From NCBI GenBank assembly GCA_009103225.1, contig RHPI01003588.1, forward strand, positions 1-9,833: DNA of 9,833 nucleotides, in the 5' to 3' direction. A program made the translations under genes and the position numbers. Position 1 is the stretch's first letter. Each line of letters starts with the position of its first letter. Source of the DNA: Chlorokybus atmophyticus (Eukaryota > Plantae > Mesostigma and Chlorokybus algae). Under the pieces are notes generated by a model that was not told where the DNA came from, did not search any database, and was given only the letters and a program-made list of their open reading frames with translations. Positions 6,589-9,833 of this stretch are shown one piece after another.

Positions 6589-9038
6589 CTACTGCAAACT
6601 ATGGATAGCGCGCACTGTTTGCAGCACAGACTTCACCTTCTCCAAAGGCTCGTCTCGCAAGTGCCGCGGGTTGACGGCGTCAATGCTCGGCTCACCAAGC
6701 ACAGCTAGAAAGCTGTCCAACACACTCTCGGATAACGCCTGAAGGTTGTATCCCCCTTCGAGGAAACTTATGCACTTGCCCCCGCACAGGTCGTTGGCCA
6801 ACGTCTTGATACTGCGCAAGAGCCTGTGGTATGTTGAGGTCTTGAACTGCAGTCCCGCCAGCGGATCCATGAAATGCGCATCGTACCTGAGGTAGTTAGT
6901 GGTGAGTAAGCTTATCAGCGCTCTACTTGGCTAAGTATGACACCCACACGACGCACTGCTACTTGGGACGAAAGCACAACTGCAACACTTACCCAGCTGA
7001 TACCAATATGATGTCTGGTTTGAACCTGTACGCTGCCGGTGAAATGACCTGAGCGATTAACTCTGCAGCAGCAATATCTCCAGCACCACCAGGCAAAGGA
7101 ATGTTAATCTGCGCACAGTGGTCAGGCCACAGCATCACTTGGCTGAGATGTGCATTCTCAACTGCACGCACATCCATTGGGGAAACCCTTACCGTTGAGC
7201 CTTCCCCCTTGCCGCTGCCAACCTCATTGACACTTCCCGTCCCCGGGTATGAGCCGGACTGATGACTTGATAGAAACAGAACGTCTGGGTCATCGTAAAA
7301 GATGTCCTGCGCATGCAAAGTGTCAGTGCAGAGTCCTCATACTGTCAAGTGTTCAAACTCTGCCATTAAGTACCTGGGTGCCATTGCCATGGTGTACATC
7401 AAAGTCTATAATCATCACACGACGCAGGTTGTGCCGGTTCTGAGCGTAGCGGGCAGCAACAGAGACACTCCCAAACACGCAGAAGCCCATCGGGCCGGTC
7501 GGGACTGCATGATGGCCGGGAGGACGTACCAGCGCAAAGCCTAGCAACAGTCCAGTTGTGCTACAGCACTTGCGGACAGTAAGGCAACATGCACGATGTG
7601 GTTGCAGACGGCAATGCACTCACCTGCAGGAGCTGGGCCGGTTGATATCCTTTCGGCGGCTACAACTGCATCCACCAGGGCAATGCCAGCGCCGGCTGCC
7701 AGCATTGCTGAGTCGTATGTCTGCACTCACATGGTGTAAGCTTTAGTAGACTGTACATGAGACATCGCGCTGTCATACAACACAACCAACTTGAATGCAA
7801 CAGGCATTACCGACTCTGTTGCATATGTTGGCCCGCCACTTTCCAGAATGGATGGTGCTTGGCGCATGAACTAACCACAAAAGCAGGCGTCAAAACTATG
7901 ACGAATTGCATCACACGGTTTAACTGAAGCACTTTTTGGCACCTTCTCAAGTCCGGAAACATACTTGGAACTGTGCACAGCGGAGACCTCTGCAGGTGTC
8001 GCGTGCCGGAAGCCCTCAAGCTGGAGGACTTGCCCGGGCCTATCCTGCTTACACCTAGTCAACAATATGCACGTTCAAGACTTCAAGACATAACCATCAA
8101 TAAACATGGACCAGCAATGTTCAGAACTAACTAGTTGTTGTTGCAACCTGAGGTGTGACTCTAGCCTTCTGCAGCGCAGTCAGGATAGATGGCACCCGCG
8201 CCGCATTCTCTGGATGGCCTGGCTGCAAGCATGGATGATAGTAAGTGCTTGTGCCTAGGCAGCATAAGAAGAATACTGCGGGTCGTCAATGTTCTGATGT
8301 TTCATGTTCCTCAACATTGTGCCTCCCGTTTGCAGCGAGTGCTCTTGAGTGAATTTGCTTTGTCTCAATGCTGCTCAGCGTGCGAGCAACGAGGAGACTT
8401 GGCAACACAACAAGGAATGCATGTGGTATCATGTTCCTTGCCTGGTTGTGTCCCAATGCTGGCGCGGAAGCGTACAGAACCTTAGCAGCAGCCAGATCCT
8501 TCGTGCTGTGCTGCTGCCGCGCGGGTGCTGCTGCCGCGGAAGCTGCGTCGCCAGCGCAACATCTCACTGCATGCAATGTCATTCAGCTTAACTACACCTC
8601 ACATCAACCACCACACAGGCTTCAAAGGTTGGTTCAGCGCATCACGGAAGGCGCGCTTGCAAGCTCTCAAGTTAGCAAAGCTGTAAACTTGAAAGCTTAC
8701 CATAGCTGAGCTGAGATTAGCCAAGCTTCACTCAGCTAGCTGAATGGAGCTTGGCTGGGCTCATCTTAGTCAAGCTTGACTTAGCTCAGCTTACCTCAGC
8801 TGAAGCAACAAGCCCGAACTCTCAAACACTCTGCATGCACAGTTTGGGGTAGACGATCACCTTGTCTGCGGGCAACAGCGCGGCTGAGCAGCGGACGGCT
8901 TCTCCGTGACAGCGCTTGCACCGGGCGGGACGACGACAACGCCGCCCATGCGCACACCGCCGCTGTACCAGCTGCCGGCACCATTGCCGCCACTGGCTGC
9001 ACCAACAACCATGCTGATGTGGCAGCTGACATCAGCAT
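6589..9038 (-). CDS. HDA14: Class II (RPD3/HDA1 superfamily) Zn-dependent histone/lysine deacetylase, HDA14-like, with putative organellar transit peptide, 443 aa, 10 exons
   Basis: Exons are 9038-8861, 8566-8442, 8222-8148, 8044-7943, 7870-7811, 7720-7624, 7540-7374, 7306-7193, 7108-6993 and 6886-6589, totalling 1332 nt and phase-consistent. Motifs are [93 protein letters not shown] and FLEGGYN. The catalytic His pair, Zn ligands and Tyr are intact. As I recall Arabidopsis HDA14, the match is close and includes the C-terminal EP...IHxL. The N-terminal ~65 aa are Ala/Ser/Arg-rich with no acidic residues. Confidence 0.93.
8223..8441 (-). other. Non-canonical GC-AG intron (HDAC intron 2, 219 nt)
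   Basis: The conserved ALGHNQ ends at CAG|GCAAGG and joins in phase 0 to TTGCAG|CCA GGC CAT CCA GAG (PGHPE). No GT donor preserves this junction. Confidence 0.85.
8662..8801. repeat. AGCT-rich self-complementary segment in HDAC intron 1
   Basis: 13 AGCT tetramers occur in 140 bp, against about 0.55 expected at uniform base composition. Nested inverted repeats are AGCCAAGCT (8719-8727) with AGCTTGGCT (8748-8756), TCAGCTAGCTGA (8732-8743), AGTCAAGCTTGACT (8768-8781), and AGCTGAGCT (8704-8712) with AGCTCAGCT (8783-8791). Confidence 0.9.
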
Positions 9039-9759
9039 GGTTGTGTACAGCAAGCAACGCAGCGAGTGGAAATGTGCAGTGGCGGCGGTGGTGCCGACGC
9101 TTTGCAAGGCGTGTGGCTGTTGTCAGCTTTTCCGCTCCTGCAGGCACAGCTTGCGAGCTTGAGAGAGATTTGCACTTAGTGTCGCAATCCAAGCTTCAAG
9201 GTGGGAGCGGCGAGGTGGTTTTGGCGCTGTTCTTTGCGCTGGTTCCAGTTGACGGTCGTCCTGTTAATCTATGTGTTCTTGCTGTGTGCTCTTCTTGTGC
9301 TGCTTGTCTGTTGCTTGATGGACTTTGGTCGCAATGGACTGACTGGCCAGTAGGCCACGCTAGCACATCTGTAGTTTCTTTCTTTCTGACTTTCTTTACA
9401 GTCTTTCGTTTCTTGCTTCGTTGGTTGATGTTGTTTCAGATGCCATTATGTTGTAGCTAATGTTCCAATGGCAACTTGGAGGGCACCACTTTGTCGTTTG
9501 CAATTGAGTGCTGTTGCACTCCGCATCTGGTTGTTCAAGCAAGTGTGCCTGGACACAGAAGTTTGCTGTCGTTGTTTGCCCCTTACCGTCACACTGCATG
9601 CTCTCTTATTCTGGAAATGTTGAGGTTGCACGCGAACAGTTCGGTGGCAAGGGGTCATCCCAAGCAACGTTGACAGCTGGCATAGCTGTCATTAACTGTT
9701 TGTGTAGACAATCAAGCATGACAGCGAACAAGGCATTGCTGTGCCATGGCTTTGAAACC

Positions 9760-9762
<3 letters not shown>

Positions 9763-9833
<71 letters not shown>
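9763..9833. repeat. (TG)35+ microsatellite running to the window end
   Basis: Perfect TG repeat of 71 nt up to the last base. It may mark an assembly break. Confidence 0.97.

Noticed and set aside
8906-9460. 184-aa plus-strand ORF, and other short track ORFs overlapping HDAC and PA-gene exons
   Set aside because: These are antisense or alternative-frame shadows of real exons or UTR/intron read-through, with low-complexity composition and no motifs.
1-9833. Functional gene cluster (CA, PA protein and deacetylase), CRISPR array, Fanzor/TnpB or viral insertion
   Set aside because: The three genes have no shared pathway that I can support. There is no regularly spaced repeat-spacer array, and I found no RuvC, integrase, reverse transcriptase or capsid motifs in any frame I read.

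Overview
Eukaryotic, intron-containing DNA, most likely from a green alga (Chlorophyta). This assignment is inferred from plant/algal-type genes, short GT-AG introns with CTRAC/CTAAC branch sites and TGTAA poly(A)-type signals. Three genes can be reconstructed by hand. (1) The first coding exon of a beta-carbonic anhydrase (minus strand, 284-55) that runs off the left edge. (2) A 4-exon gene for a secreted protein made only of a signal peptide and a vacuolar-sorting-receptor (VSR)-type PA domain (plus strand, 5077-6059, about 216 aa). (3) A complete 10-exon class II histone deacetylase of the HDA14 type with a transit-peptide-like N-terminus (minus strand, 9038-6589, 443 aa). One of its introns is GC-AG, and its intron 1 carries a strongly AGCT-rich, self-complementary segment. 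Between the carbonic anhydrase and the PA gene lie an AT-rich, palindrome-rich stretch with a possible small MITE and about 3 kb (1860-4900) that I cannot identify. That 3 kb has minus-strand splice signals, ORF fragments and a 121-bp tandem duplication. The window ends in a (TG)n microsatellite. I found no rRNA, tRNA or CRISPR, and no convincing novel multi-gene system. The best leads are the PA-only VSR derivative, the AGCT hairpin intron and the unidentified spliced locus.
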